NCBI GenBank assembly: GCA_003707115.1
Contig: PPNB01000001.1
Location: 372,001-436,000, forward strand
Reading direction: 5' to 3'
DNA: 64,000 nucleotides
DNA from: Tortispora ganteri
Taxonomy: Eukaryota
Part shown: in pieces, positions 43,151-54,791 of the stretch
Layout of the letters: each line of letters begins with the position of its first letter
Numbering within the stretch: the first letter of the stretch is position 1
Notes under the pieces: model-generated
Database searches by the model: none
What the model was told of the DNA's origin: nothing
What the model saw: the letters and a program-made list of their open reading frames with translations, nothing else
Made by a program: the position numbers and the translations under genes

Positions 43151-44991
43151 TGCGAAGTGACCTATACGGGCGGCAACGACTAGGCGACCAATGGAAGCAA
43201 AAAGGACTCTTATATGGAGACTCTAAAGACCTCAACAGCTATATGATATTGAGATTTTGCCTTTTGGTGTGCAGTAGAAGGATGCACCAATTGGTGAAAG
43301 AAAGGAGTAAGAAACAGCGGATGCTTGCCTATATATAAGATGAGCCGTTCGGAGAATGAATCCGAGACAATAGCGCATGGGCACGTTATCTACTCTGAAT
43401 CAAGATATCGCCTAAATTTGAGTTACTAAAACTTAAAGAGCAAAGGAAAATGGCCACCATCACTTGTGATAACCAGACCAATCGGGATCTGGACCCTGGA
43501 CAGCAGCTATCCAGTTTATCGGCAATAAATGAGGTGATTAACAGGTATGGATTGTCGGAGTCTACTGTAAATCCTAAAATTCACTACAGATTCTCATGTC
43601 AGAATGCTCCGTTTCATGGGCTGTTGACCTTTGTTATATGTTCGGTGCATGATCAAATGGTATATAGTGTGAGAAAAGAAGCACAAATGCACCTGTGAGA
43701 TCAAACTTTGCTTAAACCTTAATTAAACTTGTTATGCGACTTATTTGGCAGACATGGGTGTAATATATGTGAATAAATATGCCGTGTTGTTACATGTACT
43801 ATCTATATTCTGAAATTCTACTACGTGAAAATTATAAAAATGTATCTAGCTCGTACAGTGGCTCTTTGCCTCGCTGGTTCTGATACTACTGGGTTGTCTT
43901 AATGTTGTGAATGTCCTGTAGCTGCAGCGAAGTTAAGGTTAGATTACCGCTGTAACTGTCCAAGGGGAGAGGTATTTGTCTGATCTACTACAAGATTGAT
44001 CATCATGCCTGTTAGACGCTCGAACGGACGCACTCATGCGCTTTAGTGACCGATAAATGCTGTAATTTATTTGATATACGTCTAAAGATAATAATCAACT
44101 GCTATAAAACACACTATTTCACCCTGTGGATGCACAGTTGTTTTAAGTGATATCTTATCGGCACTGAGCCTTTATCACCTCTATAGTAGGAGAAAACATG
44201 CTAGGCATGGCACCTGTGCCTGCCTATAATATGTAACATAATCATTTTATTCTGGCTTTATTTACCCAAGCGTGTTATCAATCAGACCAGATTTCCGAGG
44301 TTCGTTAGCTCATCCAAACTGCGTCGACTGACTCAATCAGGTGATCTGGCAAGACGCAGATCCCGACACTCGTACAGCGGAACTAACAAACTAGAAAAAA
44401 AGCAGAACAGTAAGCTTACTGTTTATGGCCGTTTATCCTGCGTTTGAGTTGTCAAACTCTAACCAAATAAACACGTTTAATTTGATCTTATCATGTATCA
44501 TTCGCTACAGTTGCCGCATATGGTCCGCAATTCCACCAGCCGCACGGCGTTTTTGGCTGATTACTAAAATATCTGATCGAAATATCATCAATTAGTCTGG
44601 AATTTATTTTAGTACACGTACTGAGGGTGGCTATTCCGTTTGCAACGTAGTTTCCGGATACTTAGCCGATTTTGCAAACCTTAACACATGCCTACCCTGA
44701 TGTCCTTCAAAAAAAGTTCCATTCCGCCAGGCCAGACAACAAAACATCGTCATACCAAATTATTTAAACATACAAAGCAAACAAACCCCAAGAAAAAACC
44801 TGAATAGAAAATGAATATAAATAATTGATTGAAATTGCTAGATATCTGTTTCAAATATGCGTGTTGCCGAAGCAGTAGCAAGACCTAGCGATCTGTATGC
44901 TCAGCATTATAACCTGCGCGATGAACATCTCCACTTCCCATTTCTCCCACCCTTGTGAATTCCCCGCTTTATCTCTCACCACTAAACCAAG

Positions 44992-45405
44992 ATGAAAGCC
45001 CCACAAAAATTTTTTAAAAGCAAGTCTTATGCTGTTGTAGGCGCTAGCACTAATAAAGAGAAGTTTGGGTACCGTGTGTTCAAGTGGTACCTAGACCATA
45101 ACTTGCCCGTGACGCCGATCAACCCATCAAAACCTATCATTGAAGGCAAGCAGGCTATTGCCTCGCTTCAGGACCTGCCAGACCCCACTCATACGTCTAT
45201 CAGCGTGATTACACCTCCAAAAGTCACCAGAACCGTCTTAGATACTGCAAAGAGTCTCGGTATCCCTGCTGTTTGGCTCCAGCCCGGAAGCTTTGATGAC
45301 TCCACACTCGAACATGCCGACGGTCTCACCGTCATCAGCGGAGGTCGATGTGTGCTGATCGAAGGCGAAAGCGATCTTGCCCAGGCTTCCAAGTCATTTA
45401 TCTGA
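44992..45405 (+). CDS. CoA-binding domain protein (YccU-like)
   Basis: YAVVGAS..KEKFG, VTPINP, SVITPP, VWLQPGS and GRCVLI. Confidence 0.9.
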   Translation: MKAPQKFFKSKSYAVVGASTNKEKFGYRVFKWYLDHNLPVTPINPSKPIIEGKQAIASLQDLPDPTHTSISVITPPKVTRTVLDTAKSLGIPAVWLQPGSFDDSTLEHADGLTVISGGRCVLIEGESDLAQASKSFI

Positions 45406-45515
45406 GCGCTTTGTACTCAAACCACCAAAATAGGCACATCTCTTCTAAAACTCTACGTATATATGTTTATGCAAATCAAGCCGGTCTCTATCTCGTTATT
45501 AGTATCACATGTAGT

Positions 45516-47141
45516 CTATCGTGGTACGTCGGGAGCACTCTCGGCTCTTGTGCTGCCGGCGTCGTCGTCGTCATTGCCAATCTCCTTGCTTTTCTGCTCA
45601 ACCTTAGCTTCAATATCCGAACCCTTGGAAGTGTGCCCCTGTCTGCCGATCTTGAGGAACAGCGACCCAATCAGTCCCACACCTGCCGAGCCCACACCGA
45701 ACCAGAAAGCCCCGCGATACCCGTCCACAAGCGCACTGATCGACGATTCGCCACCACTAGTTTGCACTATAGCATCGGAGATAGAGCTGCCAGCAGACAC
45801 ACCTATACATGAACCCAGAGCTAAAATTGTGTTGAAGATACCGGCAGCTGTCGACTGATGCGCTCTCGGCACCGCAGAGAGCGAATGCAGGTTCGCGACA
45901 TTGTACATTAAATCGGCTCCAACAACCGACAAAATCGTCGCAGGAAACGCCATTGCCCAGTACGTCAGTTGCGGTGGCATCAGCGCCCATAACAGCGCTG
46001 CAGATAGAAACCCGATCATCGCGACCAGTATCAGAATGCGGCCCGGTATGCGGTGCATAAATAATGCCGCAAAAATGTTCACGCATATACCTGCGATCGC
46101 CTGCGGAAGCATAGCGGCGACAGTAAGCATGGGACTATAACCCCTGATGTTCTGGAAGTATAAGGGGAGAAAAGTATTGATAACACCTCCAAAAGTCATC
46201 CAGCAAAAGAATGCAATAACCATAACTAGCGCAAACCCTTCGAACTGCCACAAATAGTATGGCATGAGCGGTTTAATAGGTATATATCTCTCATAAAAAA
46301 AAAATCCGATCAGCAACAAGCCGCCTATAATGATAAGCACGATGATATAATGCGTTTTCCACTTCTGTTCTGCAGAGTCCGCCTGCGACAACGCAAATGC
46401 GAATAATACCATGCCCACTATGAGAATACCGGCGCCTGTAAAGTCTAGTTTTTTGAGTTTCTTTAGTGTCTCGTGCCAGTCTGATATATGATCTGCAGGG
46501 GTGACGTAGTATATTAGTAGTGCCAGAGCAGAATACATTATAGTAACAAACCACATGGAAGCTTGCCATGATATAAACTGGTCACATATTCCGCCAGCTA
46601 TAGCGCCAAAGATGTAGCCCAAGGGCGCACCCGCAGAGAACGTTGCCATGACCCTGTTTCTGCGAATACCTGGACGATAATTTGAGCCCAGAATGCCGAC
46701 TGCCGCTGGTGCCGCTGCAGCCACTGATATGCCCTGAAGAGCGCGCATGACCGCGAAACCTGCAAATGATGGACTGAATCCTGATCCAAGACACCATATA
46801 GCGACCCAAATGTACGCCGACATAACTACATTCTTGCGGCCAATTAAGTCCGCTATACCGCCAAATAGTAGCAAAAACGCACCTCCAGTTAAACTGTATG
46901 CACTTAGTGCCCATGACAAGGTACCGCCTTCAACATCGTAGTATCGCCCGATAGTGGGCAGACCGAGCTGAACGATACCGAGACCTAGAGAGTTCAACGA
47001 AGGAGCAAAAATCAGAGAAAATACACACAGATACTCTTGCATAGCTGACTTAAAGACTGGCGGTCTCTGGTTAGGGTCGTCATATCCTTCCGGCCAGACG
47101 TCGTTGTTTAGCTGCGGCTTGCCATTTTCTTCAGAGGCCAT
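45516..47141 (-). CDS. MFS drug:H+ antiporter, DHA2 (Atr1-like)
   Basis: About 14 hydrophobic segments; GAFLLLFGGIADLIGRK, RALQGI, AGAPLG and LDFTGA. First ATG at 47141. Confidence 0.9.
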   Translation of the reverse strand: MASEENGKPQLNNDVWPEGYDDPNQRPPVFKSAMQEYLCVFSLIFAPSLNSLGLGIVQLGLPTIGRYYDVEGGTLSWALSAYSLTGGAFLLLFGGIADLIGRKNVVMSAYIWVAIWCLGSGFSPSFAGFAVMRALQGISVAAAAPAAVGILGSNYRPGIRRNRVMATFSAGAPLGYIFGAIAGGICDQFISWQASMWFVTIMYSALALLIYYVTPADHISDWHETLKKLKKLDFTGAGILIVGMVLFAFALSQADSAEQKWKTHYIIVLIIIGGLLLIGFFFYERYIPIKPLMPYYLWQFEGFALVMVIAFFCWMTFGGVINTFLPLYFQNIRGYSPMLTVAAMLPQAIAGICVNIFAALFMHRIPGRILILVAMIGFLSAALLWALMPPQLTYWAMAFPATILSVVGADLMYNVANLHSLSAVPRAHQSTAAGIFNTILALGSCIGVSAGSSISDAIVQTSGGESSISALVDGYRGAFWFGVGSAGVGLIGSLFLKIGRQGHTSKGSDIEAKVEQKSKEIGNDDDDAGSTRAESAPDVPR

Positions 47142-47563
47142 GCGCACAAAGTGTCCTTTCAAAATCTATATCCTATAAGTGTTATCAGGTATGATCCGGT
47201 AATCACAGAAAGGGTAGTATATATAGGTAAATATAAGTTGCATTCTAAAGATTAATTTATTAGCAAACAATTATTAAATATATTTGTGCAGCCAATGAGG
47301 AGTGGCCATTTTTAGGTTTCATGAATAATACTAGTACCGCAACAGTTCCGTACTGCTGACTGTACATAAAAGACCGTACTACTTCACGTGCCAACAATGT
47401 TACCGATTAAGTTCATAGAGCGCGGTCCAGTAAAAAGATTGCTACTACAAAGTGCGGCTTAACAGGCACACTGTTACACGGAAGGAAGCGATCGCACGGC
47501 ACCTACAAAATACTACAGGTCGCTATATAGAATCATACAATGAATAAATCATAGGCACGTAGC

Positions 47564-48163
47564 TTAAGCACGGTTGCGGCGACGTTCAGGACCGCTTGGG
47601 AAAACCTGAGTGACATTCAAACGCTTGGAGTCATAACCAAGTCCGCTAAGCATGTTGGCAGTTTCAGGATCAACAGACAATTGTCCGTTGGTGTGGCTCA
47701 AGTCCAAAGCAGAGACCTCGGGAACGTATTGGTCCTTTCGCTCACGCTCTTCTTCTTGCAATTTGAAGGAAATGCCGCGAACAGGTCCTTTCTGAATGCG
47801 TCGCATAAGATGAGTTGTGTAACCAGCGATTTTGTTGCGTAGGCGCTTGGACTGAATGATAGCAACCTCGTCACAGAGACGCTTATTGGTCTCAAAGTCC
47901 AGGTTCAATTTGGGGTAATATTTCTCAATGAGCACCTTAGAGGCACGTTTAACAGTTTTGGTGCGGACACGTCCCTATTCATAATGTTAGTCGTTTGGCC
48001 TTTATAACGCATTCTCTTTGAAATAGCTATGTTGTCACTTTGGTGGTTCAGCACGCATCACAGCGCATTAAACAAATACATGAAAATTCACAGAATAGCA
48101 CCATATTCAATATCTAATCCATTCTCTCACGTATCAACACAGCTTTAGCAAAAAACTTACCAT
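47564..48163 (-). CDS. RPS17: 40S ribosomal protein eS17 (exon 1 = ATG only, 48161-48163; exon 2 47564-47974)
   Basis: Splicing gives [23 protein letters not shown]. Also [16 protein letters not shown] and [10 protein letters not shown]. Confidence 0.97.
47975..48160 (-). other. spliceosomal intron of RPS17 (186 nt)
   Basis: Minus strand: ATG|GTAAGT at 48160, GACTAAC branch at 47992-47986, TAG acceptor at 47977-47975. Confidence 0.93.
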
Positions 48164-48536
48164 TATGTATAAGTATCGAAATTGAACAGTTGCAGGATCA
48201 AGTGGTTGCTTGCTTGGGTGGGACTTAGTACTGCCTCCTCCCTTAGACTGTGTGACTGGCTTATGCCACAGCCCTATAACCTTGCCTAGCAACTCACCTA
48301 AACCTTCCATCGCCATCCGGTCAATAACCCCTTGCAATGTTTTCCATAGCAACGTGGGCATACAACCAGGCCTCCCTTACAGATTCTCCATTCTCTGCTA
48401 TAGGCGTTCCGTATTTCACCGAGAGCCTGTATTTACTTGCTGGCGGCTTCAGATTTGCATATACCCATATACACATTATTGTCATATACTACATACCTGT
48501 GAAACCGACTAGTAAACCTACTACTCTAATCACCCA

Positions 48537-49916
48537 ATGACCGTCGTTCACAGGAAACACGCACCTGTCTCTGCAGCACAAGCTGCAGAACCTGGCGTCA
48601 AGTTTCACTGCGACGTATGTTCAGCGGACTGCACACATTTAGTGCGTATCCGGTGTGCTGAATGTACGGATTACGACCTTTGCGTGCCCTGCTTCTCTTC
48701 GGGTGCATTCTCGGGCAAACACAGACCCTGGCATGACTACACGGTGATCGAGCAGCACGCCTTCCCCATCATAGAAGAGAACTGGGGTGCCGACGAGGAG
48801 CTCATGCTTGTTGAAGGTTCTGAAACGCTTGGTCTAGGTAACTGGCAGGATGTTGCCGATCATATAGGTGGCCGAACAAAAGACGAAGTAGAGCTACACT
48901 ACTTAAAGTACTACATATGGTCAGACAATTTCCCTATTCCCTCCTTCAAACAGAAATTCGATATCAGCAGCACCGAGTTTCTTGCGCGCAAAAAAGCTCG
49001 CTTAGACAGACGTCGTAAATCGGCTATGCCAAAAAGCGTAGGCAAACCCGGTGCTTCGGTGCCATCGTGCCACGAAGTTCAAGGATACATGCCTGGTAGA
49101 TTGGAGTTTGAAACAGAGGCCGAAAATGATGCAGAAATACCCATTAAAGATATATCATTTGAGCCTGATGACACGGAAGCAGAAACAGAACTAAAACTCA
49201 CAGCACTGGACATCTATAATTCTCGTCTCACAACAAGGGCGGAAGCGAAGAGAACTATACTAGAACATGGGCTTCTGGAATTCCGCAAGAATATGGCTAT
49301 TGACAAAAAACGGTCTAAAGAAGAGCGTGATATGTTCAATAAAATCAAGCCATTCGCGCGTCTTCTTACGCGCGAAGATTTTCAAACATTCTCAGAAGGC
49401 ATCTTGGCAGAACTAGCTATACGTAAGCGGATTGCGCAGCTGCAAGAATACCGTCGCAACGGAATCACAACACTGGCTCGCGCTGATAAATATGAACGTG
49501 ACAAAGCTCATCGCTTACTTGCAACACGGAACTCGTTCGGCGCTAGTAGCTCGCTGTCTAATGGATACGGCAGTTCGTCCTCATTTGGGCGCTATGGGGG
49601 GAGCGTCTCCTACTCGCCTCTGCGCAGAGAACGTGCGTACATGGAAAGCAGGCCGCGCAAACAGACTGTCACGCCTCTGGATATATCAAACGCGCCTGAC
49701 GTTGAGTTCCTTTCTCCTGACGAACAAGTGCTGTGCTCGGAGCTTCGCATTCTTCCCAAACCCTACATCGCCATCAAAGAGACGCTGTTCCGTGAACTGC
49801 TACGTACTGGTGGTATTCTGAAGAAGCGAACGGCTCGAGAACTTATCAAAATTGACGTTAACAAAACGGCGCGGATATATGAATTCTTCCTGGAGCAGAA
49901 ATGGCTATCTGCGTGA
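48537..49916 (+). CDS. ADA2: SAGA transcriptional adapter Ada2
   Basis: ZZ finger (FHCDVC..CAEC..DLCVPCF), SANT domain (WGADEEL...GLGNWQDVADH), GYMPGRLEF, and SWIRM (IDVNKT). Confidence 0.97.
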   Translation: MTVVHRKHAPVSAAQAAEPGVKFHCDVCSADCTHLVRIRCAECTDYDLCVPCFSSGAFSGKHRPWHDYTVIEQHAFPIIEENWGADEELMLVEGSETLGLGNWQDVADHIGGRTKDEVELHYLKYYIWSDNFPIPSFKQKFDISSTEFLARKKARLDRRRKSAMPKSVGKPGASVPSCHEVQGYMPGRLEFETEAENDAEIPIKDISFEPDDTEAETELKLTALDIYNSRLTTRAEAKRTILEHGLLEFRKNMAIDKKRSKEERDMFNKIKPFARLLTREDFQTFSEGILAELAIRKRIAQLQEYRRNGITTLARADKYERDKAHRLLATRNSFGASSSLSNGYGSSSSFGRYGGSVSYSPLRRERAYMESRPRKQTVTPLDISNAPDVEFLSPDEQVLCSELRILPKPYIAIKETLFRELLRTGGILKKRTARELIKIDVNKTARIYEFFLEQKWLSA

Positions 49917-50112
49917 ATGGGGGTTAAGGGTTATTGGAGTGATTAATATAGGTTGGGATCATGCTGGGTGGAAAGAAAAAGTGTAGTATACGCATTTTTT
50001 TTTTCCCCCGACTTTGCTCTACAAAGTGCTGATTTCGATTATCAGCGACGTAAACAGAGTGTTTTGTTGATCTTAATAGATCTTGGAAGTGTATTTGTTT
50101 AGGTAGTCGAAT

Positions 50113-50691
50113 ATGGTTAGCTTTGCGTGCGAGAAATGTGGTGAGACGGTGGTGAAGAAGAAAGCACCCAAACATAAATCGCAATGTTTCGGGGCGGAGT
50201 TTACGTGCTTGGACTGCAACGAGACGTTTCCTGGGCAGAAATTTCTTAGTCATACGTCTTGTGTGAGCGAGGCCGAGAAGTACGAAAAATCACTTCATAA
50301 GCCAAAGAAGACAAAGCTCGATAAGGAGAATGCGAAACAGACACCTGAGGAACCTAAGAAGGAGCTCAAGGAACCTGCTTTACCGGCTGAGTCGAATGAG
50401 TCTAAAGAGGAGCCTACGAAGAAACCCAAGAAGGAAAAGAAACCTAACGACAAAGGAATCGGTGAGAAACCTAAAGATCCAAAACTTGGCCTGCTTGTGA
50501 AGGACGAGCACGGAGGCAACAAGCTCGTTAAAGAGACACTGATCAAGTGTCTAGGCAAGAACAAGCGACTCAGTTTGAAGACGCTGTTCAAAATGATGTC
50601 GAAAGAAGACAAAAGACTTTCGAAAAAGAAAATTATGGATCAATTGAAGATCGCACAAGACGACGAAGGAAACTTGTCATTAGTTTACTGA
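50113..50691 (+). CDS. LYAR-type C2HC zinc-finger nucleolar protein (YCR087C-A-like)
   Basis: MVSFACEKCGETVVKKK..KH..C, FTCLDC..F, HTSCVSEAEKYEK, and a Lys-rich tail. Confidence 0.92.
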   Translation: MVSFACEKCGETVVKKKAPKHKSQCFGAEFTCLDCNETFPGQKFLSHTSCVSEAEKYEKSLHKPKKTKLDKENAKQTPEEPKKELKEPALPAESNESKEEPTKKPKKEKKPNDKGIGEKPKDPKLGLLVKDEHGGNKLVKETLIKCLGKNKRLSLKTLFKMMSKEDKRLSKKKIMDQLKIAQDDEGNLSLVY

Positions 50692-50804
50692 ATAAATGAG
50701 GAATGATATTTCGTGTTAGCCATTTCGCTAGTTGCGATGTGTATATTATGTAGCCAGGTAGTAAATTTGTGCTCCCAGGCACACTTAGATACTGACACCA
50801 ATCA

Positions 50805-51524
50805 ATGAGGATTCCACTAATTTTTGCATTTATCGGTGCATGTCTAGGCAATTCTGCTATACAAGGAGACGAACAGGATATTTTACCTGTTCCGATTGTG
50901 CCGTTCGCGAAGGGTGATGTTATGTACGTAGAGTGCATCAAGCGGCAGATAGACAACGGTGAACACCTGTTTGGTCCGAACGGCGAAATCCTTTACGAGC
51001 CCTTTGCGACCTGCCAGGAGACGGGAAAGCCGTTAGAATTCCACTACGGCATAGGAGGCCGACAACAGTGTACCATCAAGCTAGATGACCGCACATACCA
51101 TATGCTGCAACTCTATGTGCACCAGGATGCACCTTTAACCTGCAGGATATCCAGTTCGGCCAACTACAAGGACACAATTCCAATTATATTTACTCTCAGA
51201 GGCCGGGTGCAGGAGTCACACGTCGATGTCGACTCTCACTTGAACGTAGTGTTTCATTCTATCGATAACATCCCGGTCGCCGTCGGCGCATATGCTCGAG
51301 GCGCCGAAACCTCGCGCATGATGATCAACAGCGAACTAAAAATGGTCTTTGACGTCACTTGGATGCCGCTTACCCACATCACTGACACAGTTTCGGCGAC
51401 AAACAAAATGAGCGTGCTGATTATCGCCTCAGTGGTCGCAACCGCCTTTATCTGCCTTGCTGTTATTAAGAAATGCCTGCTCCCGTCCAAAGTCAAGCTG
51501 GACGAAGAGAGCAAGTTCGAGTAA
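50805..51524 (+). CDS. uncharacterised type I membrane protein
   Basis: Signal peptide MRIPLIFAFIGACLG, Cys-containing lumenal domain (VECIKRQIDNGEH, TCQETGKPLEFHYG), one C-terminal TM and a short tail. Confidence 0.8.
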   Translation: MRIPLIFAFIGACLGNSAIQGDEQDILPVPIVPFAKGDVMYVECIKRQIDNGEHLFGPNGEILYEPFATCQETGKPLEFHYGIGGRQQCTIKLDDRTYHMLQLYVHQDAPLTCRISSSANYKDTIPIIFTLRGRVQESHVDVDSHLNVVFHSIDNIPVAVGAYARGAETSRMMINSELKMVFDVTWMPLTHITDTVSATNKMSVLIIASVVATAFICLAVIKKCLLPSKVKLDEESKFE

Positions 51525-52909
51525 AATCTTACCTCACGACAGCCCTATTGGACTTTTTTCTGTTTGGTTACGCTTTTTGCACTTTAAATCTTTTGTTGCT
51601 TTCTTACTGCAACATGTTGTTGCGCTTACTCGATTGCACGTTACCTCGCTAAGTGGGTTCAGGAACTGCAGAGGCTTATTCTTTCCACCTTGGCAGAGCT
51701 AATAAACTCTCGTCTACTTGGATATGGGAGTCAAGTGTTTATTTATGATTGCGGAAAGTACCTGAAGGACGCAATTATGCCGCTAAAACGCACTAGCAAG
51801 GTTAAGCGATAAGATTTTGCATGTGCTGACTATACGCCATAATCTTCGTGTTTTGAAGAACTGGAAATCTTGGGAAAAGAAGATATTACATATGTACTCT
51901 CTTTAAATTTAAGCAAGATAACAAACATATGGCAGACTCGTGGCTTCTCATAGCTCTTAGCATGCTGTCAAAATCTTGCTATCTGTATGGATATTGTTAT
52001 TATTGGCACATATTTCAGTGAACTTTAATCAATTATCGATTTCTTGAAATAAAGTTTTTTGAGGAATGGCTTGGCATCATGTTCGCGAGACCATCATTGG
52101 ACTCTGTTATGTTTTAATGGAAATCAATAAGGCTGCACAACGATCCCTGCGAACGCGAAGACACTCATGTGAATTCTTATGACATGCATACGACATTAAA
52201 AATATTGGATTTGTGATAAAAGTTGTCCTCAGTCACTTTATCAGCGGCAAACTCGTCCTTACAAATTGTGTCGATATGAGATTCTAATTTGGTCACAACA
52301 TTCCCTAATCAAGCGAGCTTGAACTTTATATAACTCAAAGCTGTTATCTCATGTCCTGTTGTGGAACTACAATTGCTATAGCCATAGCATTATTTTGCAT
52401 TATATACAGTAAATTTCTTAAAAAAAATCTGTAAATTTTTAGATGCTATAATGCTAAACATCATCAGTCCGATGTTTCTGCAAATATTCAATAAACTAAA
52501 TAATTAGCACCGCTTGCACGTGGATCTAACACCTCAACAATGAACGTTAACAAATTTAAGATTTGTATAAACACAACGCGCAAGCTCTAATAGACTTTCA
52601 CTTACATCAAGGTTTTGTTACTTATTTTATATCATCAATTCGTAAGGCTAAAGCTTTTATGTTTACCATGGTTTTTTGTAAACCGAATAAATACCACTGA
52701 AATCCTCTCTCTACATATTGATTTCCTTTTCTTATACGCGGCAGTATTCTTCTATTCTGACAATATTCCGGCCTTCTTTCTCAAGCTCTCGCTACACGCC
52801 AAATTAATTGCGATCGCATTAATTTATCTGTCTTAAATCACGCGAATCCCCACCTTCCGTTTTATATCACTTCTGGCTTCCTTCTTCTCATATCGCTGTT
52901 TCAATTTTA

Positions 52910-53689
52910 ATGCCACAGTCATTTGATTATATTCTGCAAACCGCAGATATAGAACCGCCGCCTATTGCACCAATACCGATCGCTCCAAACCGCGGTAATA
53001 TAAAGCCGCGGAACGAGTCTTTACGTCTAACATCAAGACCACTCAACAAAAGCGTACCGGTCCAGTCGCCCAAAAAACATGATTCTTTTGAGTCCCTCCT
53101 TGCACTCATAGAGCTTTACGAAACAAAAGTCCTTACCCCATCCGCAATTCCCGCACAACCTTCTATTCAGCACCAAAAGCAGACTGTTATATATGAGTCT
53201 CCATTGAGCACTCATGCAAAGTCGTATTCCAGTGCCTTATCGTCTCCCATGACCTCTGAGAAACAAAATCATCCGAATACTGCCAGCCCCAAATACGGTC
53301 CCGACACTACTTTCTCTACCTGCTACTACGACTCTACTCTTTCTACCTCATCCAGCAGCAGGACATCTAGCCAAATTGAGTATGGGTGTCCCGTACTGCC
53401 ACCACAAACATCTGCTATCAATATGTGCTCGACCTCGCCTTCGATATCTGAACGCACATGTTTTTCACCGCCAGCTAACACACTTGAATCACCTTCTATG
53501 CTATCTAAGCAATACGACACAAACTCGTCTTTCACTCGCAGGCCAAGTACGACTACCTCCTTCCATTCCGATAGTTTCTCGCAGGTTTCAACTATTTCCA
53601 GCATGCATATTGTTAGTCCCGCAGTAGCGCGTCGTATCAGCTCGGTCAGCGGTGTCGAGAAGGTCAGAAAGAAAGTCCTGGGCTATTGA
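52910..53689 (+). CDS. uncharacterised Ser/Thr/Pro-rich protein
   Basis: 259-codon ATG ORF flanked by AT-rich non-coding DNA. No domain recognised. Confidence 0.65.
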   Translation: MPQSFDYILQTADIEPPPIAPIPIAPNRGNIKPRNESLRLTSRPLNKSVPVQSPKKHDSFESLLALIELYETKVLTPSAIPAQPSIQHQKQTVIYESPLSTHAKSYSSALSSPMTSEKQNHPNTASPKYGPDTTFSTCYYDSTLSTSSSSRTSSQIEYGCPVLPPQTSAINMCSTSPSISERTCFSPPANTLESPSMLSKQYDTNSSFTRRPSTTTSFHSDSFSQVSTISSMHIVSPAVARRISSVSGVEKVRKKVLGY

Positions 53690-53923
53690 TAGCACATACT
53701 GCTATGAATTTAATACTGCAGATAAATTGGTCATGTTTTTTTATTTATTTATTTTCTCTTACTTTGTGTTATATTATTATATAATCTAAATATATTTATT
53801 TACTATCTGGTGCAGTTTCCGCACTCTTGCATTTAAACCTTATTAACCGTTCAGAAAATACACAACAACACCCATTATACCATACATTGTTGTTTTGCTA
53901 GTTGCACCTTTTTGTAAACCGCC

Positions 53924-54640
53924 ATGCCTTTAACAGAGCTGAATACCAACCTTGAGCTCCCAAAAAAACGAAAACTCGGGAAGGAAGACAAGGAAAATGC
54001 GCTCCGCGTTTATGCAGACAATCACGAGACGAGTTTTCAAGCGACTCCCATTGCGGTATCACAACTGAGGAATCAGCAGCACCAAACAGAACCGACAATG
54101 GCCACTGAATGGTATATTGAACTGGCTAAACTGCACACTAGTCTGACAGAAGCACGTGCAGAACTTGCTGGAAAAGATGCACAGATAGCAGAGTTGAAAA
54201 ATGGCCTTAAACAGGCTGAAAGGAGGGTGCTTGAGTTAGAGGAGTCTTTCAGATCTAAAGTTATTGCTCAAGGAAGCGTAGAAGCCGAATTGCACGCGCA
54301 ATATTCTGTGAAACATAAAGCTAAAGTAGAAGCATTGAAAGAGGCATACGAGAATCAATGGCGTGCAAAGGTGGTTGAGCTTGAACAGCTAGTAGAAGCA
54401 GAGATATGCGCTAGGCAAGAAATAGAGAATCTATGGAATGAGTTTATTGCACTTGAATCAGCGCAATCGGCACAGTCAGTTGAACCTTCGCAGCCCAAAG
54501 AAGCATCGCCGACTAATATGACAGATAAACTAAAAATATCACCTGCACTGTCCACTCCTCCGTCCGCAATCACTGTTTCAGAATTCACGAATGTCGCTGA
54601 TGATGCCATATCTATCTACTTCAGTCCTGGATCTATATAG
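53924..54640 (+). CDS. coiled-coil fungal TACC-domain protein (Slk19/Alp7-like)
   Basis: Coiled coil with ELHAQYSVKHKAKVEALKEAYENQW, resembling the fungal TACC motif (LH..Y..KH..KV..LK..YE..W). N-terminal KEN box. Confidence 0.7.
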   Translation: MPLTELNTNLELPKKRKLGKEDKENALRVYADNHETSFQATPIAVSQLRNQQHQTEPTMATEWYIELAKLHTSLTEARAELAGKDAQIAELKNGLKQAERRVLELEESFRSKVIAQGSVEAELHAQYSVKHKAKVEALKEAYENQWRAKVVELEQLVEAEICARQEIENLWNEFIALESAQSAQSVEPSQPKEASPTNMTDKLKISPALSTPPSAITVSEFTNVADDAISIYFSPGSI

Positions 54641-54791
54641 CACACAGCTCTTTATTTTTATTATGATTATGTATTATTACAAGTTTCATTGATTAATTGA
54701 CTACTTTCTTGTAGTTTGCAAGAAGCTAGCTGAGATTGCCGTTGCTACGGCTTAAATATTTAAGAGGAGAGCTTCTCACATTCATCCGACA

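Noticed and set aside
44406..44423. Perfect 18-bp palindrome AACAGTAAGCTTACTGTT (also an 8-bp inverted repeat at 24420-24438)
   Set aside because: A single palindrome of this size in 64 kb is plausible by chance. No transposon ends or target duplication.
47447..47462. ACAAAGTGCGGCTTA resembling the RNase P/MRP CR-V motif
   Set aside because: Imperfect match, and no upstream GGAANUC CR-I partner seen.
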